Positions 26,497 to 35,873 of a stretch of 64,000 bases of DNA are shown here, in pieces. This stretch comes from Rhizomicrobium sp. Its GTDB lineage: Bacteria; Pseudomonadota; Alphaproteobacteria; Micropepsales; Micropepsaceae. The position numbers were made by a program, and so were the translations under genes. The stretch lies in assembly GCA_050010175.1 (NCBI GenBank), contig JBEKLN010000013.1, positions 6,974 to 70,973 of the forward strand. Direction: 5' to 3'. The notes under the pieces were generated by a model, which ran no database searches, was not told the origin of the DNA, and worked only from the letters and a program-made list of their open reading frames with translations. Numbering within the stretch: the stretch's first letter is position 1; the number at the start of each line of letters is the position of its first letter.

Positions 26497-28254
26497 ATGG
26501 CGTATGCAGCCGTCGCACCGAGCCTGGGTTCATTGGCGGGAGCCGGCGCCCAGCAAAGCGCGATCGCCAGACTTGAGGCGCTCGTCGAAGAGCGCGATGC
26601 GGCCATCGCCCGGCGCAAATCCAACGGCATTGTCCGGCGCAGCATCAAGGCGTGGCGGCGGGGCGATATCGCCCGCGCCGGCCAACTGGCACTCGCCGCG
26701 ACGGAAGCCGACGAGACCAATGCGCAGGCCTTTCACATCCTCGCCATGGCGCTCGAGCGCATGGGCCACCTCCACAAGGCGCTGGTAACCTACGAACACG
26801 CGTTCAAGCTCGATCCGCACGATCCGGATCTGCTGCTCAATCTGGGGCTGACGGCCTGGAACCAGAAACTCATCCCGGAAGCGGAAAAAATGTTCCGGCT
26901 CTTTATCGGCGCCAAACCGGACTCGCCGCTCGGCTACAACAATCTCGGCACGATCCAGAGCGACATGGGAAAGTCGACGGTCGCGATCGAAACCCTGCGC
27001 GCCGCCATCTATCGCATGCCGGCGGAAGCGATTCTGTGGAATTCGCTCGCCACCGTGCTGGCCGAGAACGGCCGCGCCGACGAAAGCCTCGTCTTCTACA
27101 AGGAAGCGATCCGCCTGCAGCCCACGCTGGCGCGGCCCTACCACAATATCGGCTTCGCCTATTCGCATCTCGGCATGCTCGAAGAGGCGCTCGAGGCGTA
27201 TGACAGCGCCCTGACATATGCCACCGATCCCACGGAGCGCATCGAAGGCACGCATTCCCGCAGCGTCTGTCTTATCGGCATGGGGCGGATCGAGGATGGA
27301 TTCAAAGACTACGAAATTCGCAACAACCCGCGCTTCCGCGCCTATGTGCATCACGTGCTGAAGGCGCCGCAGTGGGCCGGCGAACCGCTGGACGGCAAGC
27401 GGCTCCTGGTCGTGGGCGAGCAGGGCCTGGGCGACGAATTCATGTTCGCCAACGTCATCCCCGATCTGGCGCGCGCGGTGGGCCCGACGGGCCGGCTGCA
27501 GATCGCCGTCGATCCCAGGCTTATCGCGCTGTTCCAGCGCTCCTGGCCGCTGGCGCAGGTGGGCACCTATGACGACCGCAAGATCGTCGATCCCGATCAC
27601 TCGCAGGAAATCCGCTTCATTCCCTGGGCAACGGTGGATGGCGAGCCGGATTATTTTATCCAGATGGGGTCGGCTGTTCCCCATTTCAGAAAGCGCATCG
27701 AGGATTTCCCGCACGAAGCGTTTCTGGTGCCCGATCCCGCCCGCGTGGCTGAGTTCCGCGAACGTCTCTCCGCCTTCGGACCAGGCCCCTATGTCGGCGT
27801 CTGCTGGCGGTCGATGATGATGGGGGCCAAACGCAGCAAATACTACAGCGCGCTCGATCATTGGGCTCCCGTGTTCAAGGTGTCCGGCGCCACGTTCGTC
27901 AACGTTCAATATGGCGACGTGACCGATGAGCTCGCCCATGCGCGCGACACGCAAGGCGTCGACATCAGGGTGTTCGGCGATCTCGATCTGAAGAACGACA
28001 TCGACGGCGCGGCTGCATTGTCCGCAGCACTCGATCTCGTCATCTCCGCGCCGACGGCGGCGGCGGCAACGGCGGCAAGCGTCGGCACAGAAGTGTGGTT
28101 TCTCACGGCCGGACGCACCTGGCCGCAGCTCGGCACCGGCGAATTTCCCTGGTACGCGAAGACGACCGTCCTTTCGCCGGACAAATTCGCCGACTGGCAG
28201 GGGCTGATGCCGCTGGTGGCCGAGAAGCTCGCGGCGTTCGTGCGCAAGGGTTGA
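26497..28254 (+). CDS. flmG: Flagellin glycosyltransferase FlmG (FlbA), TPR + GT-B
   Basis: TPR array; LLVVGEQGLGDEFMFA, VGVCWRSM, ALDLVISAPTA; divergent from flbT-flaF beside the flagellins. Confidence 0.85.
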   Translation: MAYAAVAPSLGSLAGAGAQQSAIARLEALVEERDAAIARRKSNGIVRRSIKAWRRGDIARAGQLALAATEADETNAQAFHILAMALERMGHLHKALVTYEHAFKLDPHDPDLLLNLGLTAWNQKLIPEAEKMFRLFIGAKPDSPLGYNNLGTIQSDMGKSTVAIETLRAAIYRMPAEAILWNSLATVLAENGRADESLVFYKEAIRLQPTLARPYHNIGFAYSHLGMLEEALEAYDSALTYATDPTERIEGTHSRSVCLIGMGRIEDGFKDYEIRNNPRFRAYVHHVLKAPQWAGEPLDGKRLLVVGEQGLGDEFMFANVIPDLARAVGPTGRLQIAVDPRLIALFQRSWPLAQVGTYDDRKIVDPDHSQEIRFIPWATVDGEPDYFIQMGSAVPHFRKRIEDFPHEAFLVPDPARVAEFRERLSAFGPGPYVGVCWRSMMMGAKRSKYYSALDHWAPVFKVSGATFVNVQYGDVTDELAHARDTQGVDIRVFGDLDLKNDIDGAAALSAALDLVISAPTAAAATAASVGTEVWFLTAGRTWPQLGTGEFPWYAKTTVLSPDKFADWQGLMPLVAEKLAAFVRKG

Positions 28255-28427
28255 ACCTATCCCGGACCGCCTGCATCACTGTGACCCCGCGCATCTTGCT
28301 CGCATCGCTGCGAAGCGGCGAAACAGTTTGAGACGTGTCACGCCGGATTGCACGGTCCTTCAGCACTGCCGCGCGCGAGCGCGAAGTGTTGCAGAATGGC
28401 CCTTGGGCCGTTCTGCAACACTTCTCC

Positions 28428-29783
28428 GTTGCGGTTGGCCCTCAATCACCAGACCGCTAAGCTCCACGGCAGAACGCGCCGCTCCCGCCTGCGGTTGCGG
28501 TTGGCCCTCAATCACCAGACCGCTAAGCTTCCACGCGGCGACGACGCGCCAGCCGGATTGTTGCGGTTGGCCCTCAATCACCAGACCGCTAAGCTATTCA
28601 ACGGACGCAGCCGCAGCTTGCCGTTGTTGCGGTTGGCCCTCAATCACCAGACCGCTAAGCTATGACCTGCCAGACATCCGACGCCGGATTGGTTGCGGTT
28701 GGCCCTCAATCACCAGACCGCTAAGCTTGGTTCGGCCTGCGCGTTCTCGTCCTTGTCGTTGCGGTTGGCCCTCAATCACCAGACCGCTAAGCTAACGGGC
28801 GTACCGGATGGCAGAATGCTTATGTTGCGGTTGGCCCTCAATCACCAGACCGCTAAGCTACTACGTTTCACCGGCACGTCGATCATCGTGTTGCGGTTGG
28901 CCCTCAATCACCAGACCGCTAAGCTGAATGCCGACGCGCGGTCTACCCATCCGACGTTGCGGTTGGCCCTCAATCACCAGACCGCTAAGCTCCAAGGTCG
29001 GGGTGATCGAATCCGCATATGGTTGCGGTTGGCCCTCAATCACCAGACCGCTAAGCTGATTCCGGCGCTGGCCAGCCCAGCGCTGCAGTTGCGGTTGGCC
29101 CTCAATCACCAGACCGCTAAGCTGCAGCCCCGGCGTTGCCGTCGCGATCTCAAGTTGCGGTTGGCCCTCAATCACCAGACCGCTAAGCTGCCTTCGCCCA
29201 CATGGCGCACGCGTCGATGGTTGCGGTTGGCCCTCAATCACCAGACCGCTAAGCTCCGATCGTAGCGCGCGATGCACTCGGCATAGTTGCGGTTGGCCCT
29301 CAATCACCAGACCGCTAAGCTGTATTTCACGCTCGATGAGGAGCTCCAGTAGTTGCGGTTGGCCCTCAATCACCAGACCGCTAAGCTGAAAGCACGCGAG
29401 GATGGTTTCAAAATTGTGTTGCGGTTGGCCCTCAATCACCAGACCGCTAAGCTGGCCTGCTTAAACTCGATACCCTCGTGCGCGTTGCGGTTGGCCCTCA
29501 ATCACCAGACCGCTAAGCTGACGCCCTAGAAACAGCCGCAAAGACGGTAGTTGCGGTTGGCCCTCAATCACCAGACCGCTAAGCTACGCCGGAAGATTTC
29601 CCGCTCGATCAGTGGGTTGCGGTTGGCCCTCAATCACCAGACCGCTAAGCTGGGCTCATCGACACATGCGCCACGTGCGGCGTTGCGGTTGGCCCTCAAT
29701 CACCAGACCGCTAAGCTCAAACGAAACGGTAATGGAAATCGAGGGATGTTGCGGTTGGCCCTCAATCACCAGACCGCTAAGCT
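28428..29783 (+). CRISPR. Type II-C CRISPR array: 21 x 36-bp repeats and 20 x 30-bp spacers
   Basis: Repeat GTTGCGGTTGGCCCTCAATCACCAGACCGCTAAGCT at a 66-bp period; orientation inferred from tracrRNA complementarity and the downstream terminator. Confidence 0.98.
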
Positions 29784-29795
29784 AGAAACCCTCTC

Positions 29796-29822
29796 AAGGC
29801 CCTGATTTCAGGGCCTTTTTTC
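29796..29822 (+). terminator. Terminator at the 3' end of the array
   Basis: AAGGCCCTGA-TT-TCAGGGCCTT followed by a T-tract. Confidence 0.8.
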
Positions 29823-29856
29823 TTGCTATGGATGCGCAGATTCTGCACCGGGCGTC

Positions 29857-30240
29857 TCAGAACAGCGCGTATTGATCAGGGTTTTTCGGTGATGGTTCTC
29901 GTTTCCTTCCCCTGTAGGTCTTGATGTTCTCGTACTGCTTGTCGGTGATTTGCACGAGATGAACCTTTCCCGAAGGCGCCATGTCCGCCTCCACCTGCCG
30001 GGCCAATGAGTCGGCCTGCTCCTTGCCCGCACAGAACTTCAGATAGACAGAAAACTGGCTCATCTCGAAGCCGAGGTCGAGCAGGGAATGGCGGAATTTC
30101 GTGGCCGCCTTGCGCTCCTTCTTGGTACCCACCGGCAGATCGAACAGCACGAACACCCACATGATCCTATATCCACTCAGTGCAACGGGTTCGCCTGTTC
30201 CCAAGGGGATCGGCGGTACGTTCCTTCTCCCGCGCGCCAT
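29857..30240 (-). CDS. cas2: CRISPR-associated endonuclease Cas2 (start may be 30162)
   Basis: SGYRIMWVFVLFDLPV, GFEMSQFSVY, ITDKQY. Confidence 0.95.
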   Translation of the reverse strand: MARGRRNVPPIPLGTGEPVALSGYRIMWVFVLFDLPVGTKKERKAATKFRHSLLDLGFEMSQFSVYLKFCAGKEQADSLARQVEADMAPSGKVHLVQITDKQYENIKTYRGRKREPSPKNPDQYALF

Positions 30241-30241
30241 C

Positions 30242-31141
30242 TCAACTCTCGAGCGGCAACGCCGGCAGCGGCAAATCCAGCGCCTCGTCTTCGCCGGCAA
30301 AAGCGCGCGCCAGCGACTGTGCGAGGCGCTCCGCACACACCATCAACGGGCTCAGCCCTGCATTCGTGGGAAGGTCCACGATCATGATGCGCGCGAGCGC
30401 CGCCTTCGAGTTCTTGTCTACGTCCTGGACTCCCTGATTGCCGAGCCGCCAGACTTCACGGTCTACCACGGGGCGAAACGGCTCCATCAGATCGTCGATC
30501 AGGACCATCGGATTGGCGCGACTCGAGTGCATAAGTCCGAAGCTCGGATGCAGGCCTGCCGCCATCACGGCGCGGGCGATTCCGGCGCGCAGCACCGCAT
30601 AGCCGTAATTCAACATGCCGTTCAGCCCGCTGCCGTCCTTGTCCCTGCGGAACGCAGCTCCGAACAGGAGCGGCCAGTAGCGTCGGGCGGCTTCGGCCTC
30701 CACATTATCGGGATCGCCTGATCGCACCTTGCGTGAGAGGAGATAAAATCCCGTGTGCGTCGCGCCGACGCTTTCCAGGGTAGCCGCCTGCGCCAGGATT
30801 TTCGATCGCACAAGCTGCGCCCAAAGTCGCTTTTTGAGCGGCAGGCCAGCCGATACCTGATCGCTCATTCGGCCGGTCTGAATATGGTGCGCATCCACGG
30901 GCCACACGATGGCTGCCGGCATGTGATTGGCGCCGCAAAGAACGATCGGCACGCCCCGCGCCGACAACTCTACAAGCGCGTTGTTGGTGTAAGTGAGGCC
31001 GTGTGCGTTGGCCACAACCGCCGCAATGTCGTCGAGCGGCACCTTCCCCACTTCGCTGCCGTGTTCCGAGACAAGCAGAAAGCCACGTTGGATTGAGACA
31101 TGCCGGCCATCGGTTGCGACCTCCACCACACGGCCGACCAT
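30242..31141 (-). CDS. cas1: CRISPR-associated endonuclease Cas1 (type II)
   Basis: VPLDDIAAVV, KRLWAQLVRSKI, NVEAEAARRYW, LNYGYAVLR, LIDDLMEPFRP. Confidence 0.97.
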   Translation of the reverse strand: MVGRVVEVATDGRHVSIQRGFLLVSEHGSEVGKVPLDDIAAVVANAHGLTYTNNALVELSARGVPIVLCGANHMPAAIVWPVDAHHIQTGRMSDQVSAGLPLKKRLWAQLVRSKILAQAATLESVGATHTGFYLLSRKVRSGDPDNVEAEAARRYWPLLFGAAFRRDKDGSGLNGMLNYGYAVLRAGIARAVMAAGLHPSFGLMHSSRANPMVLIDDLMEPFRPVVDREVWRLGNQGVQDVDKNSKAALARIMIVDLPTNAGLSPLMVCAERLAQSLARAFAGEDEALDLPLPALPLES

Positions 31142-31153
31142 CGGGTGCTCCCT

Positions 31154-34100
31154 TCAGGCGGCAATGCTGCGCGCGGCTTCATCCGGCCGCACACGCCACA
31201 CCCGCCCAAGTTCATCCACGCGCACGCGCTCGGCGTTCCATTCGCGCAAGCGATCGAAGTTCGCGAATATCCATCGGAATGGATCGTCCTTGTCGTCGTG
31301 CCTCTCTTGAAAATTGCCCGCTTCGTTATGTGCAACGAGATACAAAACATTGTTTGACGGAGACAATCTTACGATCTTGACGATCTTGCTCTTTCCGTCG
31401 TGATCGACTCGAAGCATATCTCCCTTGAATACGCGCATCACGAAGCGGGCGCCGCTCGCAGAGTTTTGCCAGTCCGGCCTCAAGTCATTCTGATTGGCTC
31501 TGAACACGGACATTGCCGCGGCAACCCACTTGCCGTCCGCCGACTCAAGAATGTCGACAAAGGCGTTTTCGCCCGCACTGTACGCCTTATATGCGTTGCT
31601 AAATTTGTCTGAGATAGGAACAAGGTATTCCGGCTTCTCAGCTTTGGTCAGGCGCACATGCCGGATACCGTTCGGTAATCCCGGTATGTTCTTTCGCTCC
31701 GAGAACGACTGAAGCGCAGCCTTGAGGTCCTTGCCCTCGCGTTTCTCCTGCTCCACATGTGCCTGCACCAGGCTGCGCAGCCTCCGATCACGAATACGGC
31801 CGATCTCCCTTTCATTGAGCGCCAGGAAACCCTTTCGATAGACAAGGTTCGCGCCATCCTCTTTGTCAGGGTCGTCAATCTCACCGTACGCCGTATCTTC
31901 GTGCAGCTGCCCCTCCACGCCATGATCTGGCTTGTGTGAAACCGTCATTGCCTTGAGCTTCGAGTCGAGGTCGTCCCGAAGTGTCGGCCAGGGCAGCGGT
32001 ATCTCAATCTTCTGCCGCTCGTCATCATAGGCGCTCGACATGCGATGAAGCAGTTTTCGATCCGTCAGCGCGGCAACCAATGCGTCGATGGCGTGGTGGC
32101 GATGATCTTTTCGATTCTTGGTATCGCTGTAATTGTGGTCAGGCAGCAGATCGTTGAGACCCCATTTGCCGCGGATCATGGCCGTCAATTTGCCCGGTAA
32201 AACATGAACGGCATACGGATCGCAGACAGCCGCGAAGTAATGCGTGGCGACGCGCGCGAGCCAGCCGGTCTCGTTCAATTGGCGTGCCTGGAAACCTCCC
32301 GATTTTTCGAAGCGCTCACGAGCGCCCGGTTCGAACCGCCAGCGCTTCGACTTTGGCAGTGCGGCCGCGCGGAGAGAGATGGCTTCCCAGTCATAGGGTG
32401 CACCCTTGCTGTTGCCGAATGCCTCGAATGGCGTGCGGTTGCCTTTGTCGCGGTTCGAGTAGCGCATGCACACGACCTTGTTCGCCGCGCTATCGTCCCA
32501 CGAATCCGAGAACGGAATGAGATGGTCAACGTCCACTTCGTCCGACAGCAGCCGCGCGATATTGATGACCTCCCCGGTGTAAGGGCACCGCCGGTCCAGC
32601 GGATCGTGCGGGTTCTGTTCCTCCCACAGCCGCAGTTTAAGGAGATTGCGCGCGTTCACCTGCTGGCCAAGCTTGCGAATCTCCTCGGCGCGTTTGTCGT
32701 TCTTGCGCTGGTTGTCGACTTGCTCGCTCTCAACCTCGGCAAGCTTCTTGGGAGAAAGTTTGAACGCCCGGGTCATCTCAACCGTGATCTCCGCCGGCGC
32801 GCCATGCTCGCCAATCAGCGCGTTGACGACCCGGCGTAATTGCCCGAGTCCGATATGGACCGTCGGATTAGGGAAACGCCCCCACCGCTTGTCGTTCGTG
32901 TCGCGTTCGTCACCGGACCCGATCACGTCATTCTGCAGCCACTCGCCGTAATACGGCAGGCGTCCATTTGCAGACAACTCTCCGGTCGGCAATTGCGCGT
33001 GGTCGTAACCCGCCGCCTTTGCCGCGTCCGGATAATTCATGCCCGTTTCCATATGCGGCAGGATGTTCCGGATCGCGCGCAGACCCAAACGGCAATGGCT
33101 GTCCGGAAGGAACGCCGTCGCGATCCTTCCGGCAGTGTCCGCGCCAATCTGGGTACGGGCGATCAGCCACGCGATGAGCGTCTCTTCGTCAGCTTCGTCA
33201 AGCAGGCGGTCGACGATCTCGATTTGCCGATCCAGAGAAAAGCTTCGCCAAACTTTTCCAAACAGCGACTTTCCCGAAAGCTTTGCCGTAGTCTCGTCAC
33301 CGAGGAGTTCTTTTCGTTTTTCGCTTTCCAGGTTGAACTTCGCTTCCTCCGGCAGCTTCAGAAGCGTGCGCATCTTGTCGAAGGAGAATTTGTTGTTCTG
33401 GAGCAATGCGAAAGCAATCTTGTCGCCATCTTCTTTCAAGAGATGCTTGGACGGCCTGCCTGTCTCCATGATCGCGAGATTGCGGACCTCCTGCCATATG
33501 CGGAAGCGCTGGGCCAGCGGGTGTGCCCAGGGGCAGCGAAAGCCTTCCAGATCGTCGTTGCTGCTTGCAGGATCGAGCGAGCACTTACCGACGGGAGGCT
33601 GCTTCAGCGGGCGCTGATAGAAAATCGCATGGTGGATCGCATCGTGCGCCGCCTGAGTTATGGACGGGTGGTGACGCGCCTGCGCATTCCAGATTGCTTC
33701 GAACTCGTCGAGCAGCAACTGCCTGGTTGGATAGAAGTCGTATTCCGCTTTCGTGCCGGTGCTCGTGTTGCGCGCACGCACTGATTTCCGCGCGCGATGA
33801 CGCCAGAAGAAGAACTCGCCGAGCGTGCGTGCGCCTGAAGTCTGCATGGCCTCCTGAAGCTTGGTTGCAGCCTGCTTAATGGTGCCCGATTCCTTGTCGC
33901 CCTTTTCCGTTTTTCGATTTGAAAGGAAGCCACGCCGCTGGTTGAGATGGAAAAGCGCCCGGCCCACATGATGCGGAGGTAATTTGTCGTCGAGCGCCTT
34001 CGCGCGAAGCTCATAGGGATCGAGGTTTTCGAGCGCTTTGCGCGGCGCTTCCTCCTTCGGCATGAGACCGTGTGCGATGAGCAGCGACATCAGGCTTGTT

Positions 34101-34324
34101 CGTCGCTTCAGATAGCGATCGCGCCGCCGCCGGGCGCCGCGGGCAACACGCCGATCCACTGCATTCGACGTCTTCGACTGGGGATCGCGTCCGTCCGGAT
34201 AAATCCGCACGCCGCCGGGACCAAGGCCGGTCGGCTCGCCCTGATCGCTCAGCCAGACGACGAACCAGCCGAGCGAATTCGAGCCGACATCGATACCAAG
34301 TCTATACTTCCGTTGACGCGCCAT
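31154..34324 (-). CDS. cas9: Compact type II-C Cas9, 1056 aa
   Basis: RuvC-I LGIDVGSNSLGW, bridge helix RRRRDR, RuvC-II VEMTR, HNH VDHLIPFS...NKVV...NRDKGN, RuvC-III RHHAIDA; no csn2 or cas4. Confidence 0.97.
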   Translation of the reverse strand: MARQRKYRLGIDVGSNSLGWFVVWLSDQGEPTGLGPGGVRIYPDGRDPQSKTSNAVDRRVARGARRRRDRYLKRRTSLMSLLIAHGLMPKEEAPRKALENLDPYELRAKALDDKLPPHHVGRALFHLNQRRGFLSNRKTEKGDKESGTIKQAATKLQEAMQTSGARTLGEFFFWRHRARKSVRARNTSTGTKAEYDFYPTRQLLLDEFEAIWNAQARHHPSITQAAHDAIHHAIFYQRPLKQPPVGKCSLDPASSNDDLEGFRCPWAHPLAQRFRIWQEVRNLAIMETGRPSKHLLKEDGDKIAFALLQNNKFSFDKMRTLLKLPEEAKFNLESEKRKELLGDETTAKLSGKSLFGKVWRSFSLDRQIEIVDRLLDEADEETLIAWLIARTQIGADTAGRIATAFLPDSHCRLGLRAIRNILPHMETGMNYPDAAKAAGYDHAQLPTGELSANGRLPYYGEWLQNDVIGSGDERDTNDKRWGRFPNPTVHIGLGQLRRVVNALIGEHGAPAEITVEMTRAFKLSPKKLAEVESEQVDNQRKNDKRAEEIRKLGQQVNARNLLKLRLWEEQNPHDPLDRRCPYTGEVINIARLLSDEVDVDHLIPFSDSWDDSAANKVVCMRYSNRDKGNRTPFEAFGNSKGAPYDWEAISLRAAALPKSKRWRFEPGARERFEKSGGFQARQLNETGWLARVATHYFAAVCDPYAVHVLPGKLTAMIRGKWGLNDLLPDHNYSDTKNRKDHRHHAIDALVAALTDRKLLHRMSSAYDDERQKIEIPLPWPTLRDDLDSKLKAMTVSHKPDHGVEGQLHEDTAYGEIDDPDKEDGANLVYRKGFLALNEREIGRIRDRRLRSLVQAHVEQEKREGKDLKAALQSFSERKNIPGLPNGIRHVRLTKAEKPEYLVPISDKFSNAYKAYSAGENAFVDILESADGKWVAAAMSVFRANQNDLRPDWQNSASGARFVMRVFKGDMLRVDHDGKSKIVKIVRLSPSNNVLYLVAHNEAGNFQERHDDKDDPFRWIFANFDRLREWNAERVRVDELGRVWRVRPDEAARSIAA

Positions 34325-34440
34325 TATTGCCCCACCTACCCAGATTATGCACCAGCGCCCGCAAAGACTACAGCTTGACATTGATGGGCAGAAATAGAAC
34401 GCTAAGGGTGGTCCGAGTTCGCCGGAAGGTTTTGCCAACG

Positions 34441-34525
34441 ACTTAGCGGTCTGGTGATTGAGGGCCTCCCGTTAACAAGCTGAAAAGCACCAAATGGGGC
34501 GAGCTGCGGCTCGCCCCTTCTCTTT
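34441..34525 (+). ncRNA. tracrRNA (5' end uncertain)
   Basis: 25-nt exact anti-repeat at 34442-34466, then TCCCGTTAAC lower stem, GCT-GAAA-AGC nexus-like hairpin and GGGGCGAGC-TGCG-GCTCGCCCC-TTCTCTTT terminator; TTGACA at 34375-34380. Confidence 0.9.
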
Positions 34526-34909
34526 GTTGGGGGCGGTCAGAACGGCCGGCGGAACGGTCAGGGGGAGCTTGACCCAGCGGGAGATATATGTTCTTCTTTT
34601 GTTCTTATCACCGCGCATGCGGCGCCGCTCTTTGACAGTGTGAATGAACAAAAAGGTGGACGCGTCAGCGTTCTGTGCACATCCGCGCGCGCCTGGAAAT
34701 GACATGCCGGACAATCGAGCTTTTGTGCTGCTTTTTCGCTGTTCCGCCGCTGTTATCGCCGGAAAGTGCCGCTGTTCCTGTAAAAAATGATTCACCTATC
34801 CATTTGATATAACGTGGTTTTCCAGAATAACAGGGCGGAAATCGATTTTTCCGCTGTTAATTGCCCCTGTTATCGCCGCTGTTTTGTCCGAGCATGTGAA
34901 AATCGGCCG

Positions 34910-35863
34910 CTACTGTTGCTGTTGCTGCTGCCAGGCTGTGTCCGCTGCCGCCGCCGCCTGAGGCTTCATCGGGCGCGCCACGCGCAGAAATTCCTCATGC
35001 CTGTTCGGCGCCTGTGCCGGTTCGACGGTGACGGAAATCGCCAGTTCCGATTCGGCATCGCCCTTGAACGTGCCTCGCGTCGGCGGCACGTCGGCATAGT
35101 CGCGGCCCACCGCAACGCGAATGTGCCGCTCCGCGGTCATGATGTCGTTGGTGGGGTCGAAGCCCACCCAGCCGATGCTCGGCAGATAACATTCCACCCA
35201 GGCATGGGTCGCATCCTGGGCGGAGCGGTCCTCGTCCTTGCGGCGGTGATAGAGATAGCCCGAAACGTAGCGGGCCGGGACGCCCCAGGCCCGCGCGACC
35301 GCGATCATGATATGGGCGAAATCCTGACAGACGCCGCGCTCTGCTTTGAGCGCGTGATCGATGGGCGAATGCACTTCGGTGACGCCCGATTCATAGTCGA
35401 ACGAATCGTAGATCGTATGGCTCAGATGTTTCAGCGCCGTCAGCGGATCGCCCTGCGGCCTTGTCAGTCCGTGTGCCGTCAGGAATCCGTCGAGCGCCTG
35501 TGATGTGCGCGCGAAGCGCGACGGCTCGAGCAGATCGAAATGATCGCTGGAAAGATTGAGCGGGTTGTAACGATCCCACTCCAGCATGTCGGAAACAGGC
35601 GCCACAGCGGCCGGCGCTCGCTCGATGACGGCCGTGGCTTCGATCCTCAGTTCGGAATGTTCGCGCAGCACGTTGAAATGATAGACGGCGTTGCCCGGAT
35701 GATCGGTATAGGCGTGCAGCTGTGCGCGCGGCGCCGTCATGATCTGGAAGCTGCGCAGCGTCTGGGGACCCTCCGAACGCGGCTGCATCCTGAGTTCCAT
35801 CACGCTTTCATGGACCGGCGCGGAGTAGCGGAAGCGGGTGATGTGACGGATCGCAAAGAACAT
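34910..35863 (-). CDS. Transglutaminase-family protein with Bact_transglu_N domain and poly-Gln tail
   Basis: FAIRHITRFRY, GVCQDFAH, RYVSGY, THAWVE, GFDPTN, GRDYADV; ends WQQQQQQ. Confidence 0.92.
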   Translation of the reverse strand: MFFAIRHITRFRYSAPVHESVMELRMQPRSEGPQTLRSFQIMTAPRAQLHAYTDHPGNAVYHFNVLREHSELRIEATAVIERAPAAVAPVSDMLEWDRYNPLNLSSDHFDLLEPSRFARTSQALDGFLTAHGLTRPQGDPLTALKHLSHTIYDSFDYESGVTEVHSPIDHALKAERGVCQDFAHIMIAVARAWGVPARYVSGYLYHRRKDEDRSAQDATHAWVECYLPSIGWVGFDPTNDIMTAERHIRVAVGRDYADVPPTRGTFKGDAESELAISVTVEPAQAPNRHEEFLRVARPMKPQAAAAADTAWQQQQQQ

Positions 35864-35873
35864 CAGGAATCCC

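Noticed and set aside
28464-29747. Self-targeting or duplicated spacers
   Set aside because: No match noticed by eye (spacers 2 and 4 share only GCCGGATT); a proper alignment is needed, so this is unproven rather than excluded
28328-29805. ORFs with periodic LRLALNHQTAKL / LSGLVIEGQPQ / CGWPSITRPLS peptides
   Set aside because: Artefact of the 66-bp CRISPR period (a multiple of 3) and stop-free repeat frames
34325-34438. 38-aa N-terminal extension of Cas9
   Set aside because: RuvC-I begins right after Met at 34324, and the extension overlaps the tracrRNA promoter region
34405-34440. Possible long tracrRNA acting as a natural sgRNA to autorepress cas9
   Set aside because: A TTGACA suggests a 5' extension, but I found no convincing repeat mimic or promoter match by eye
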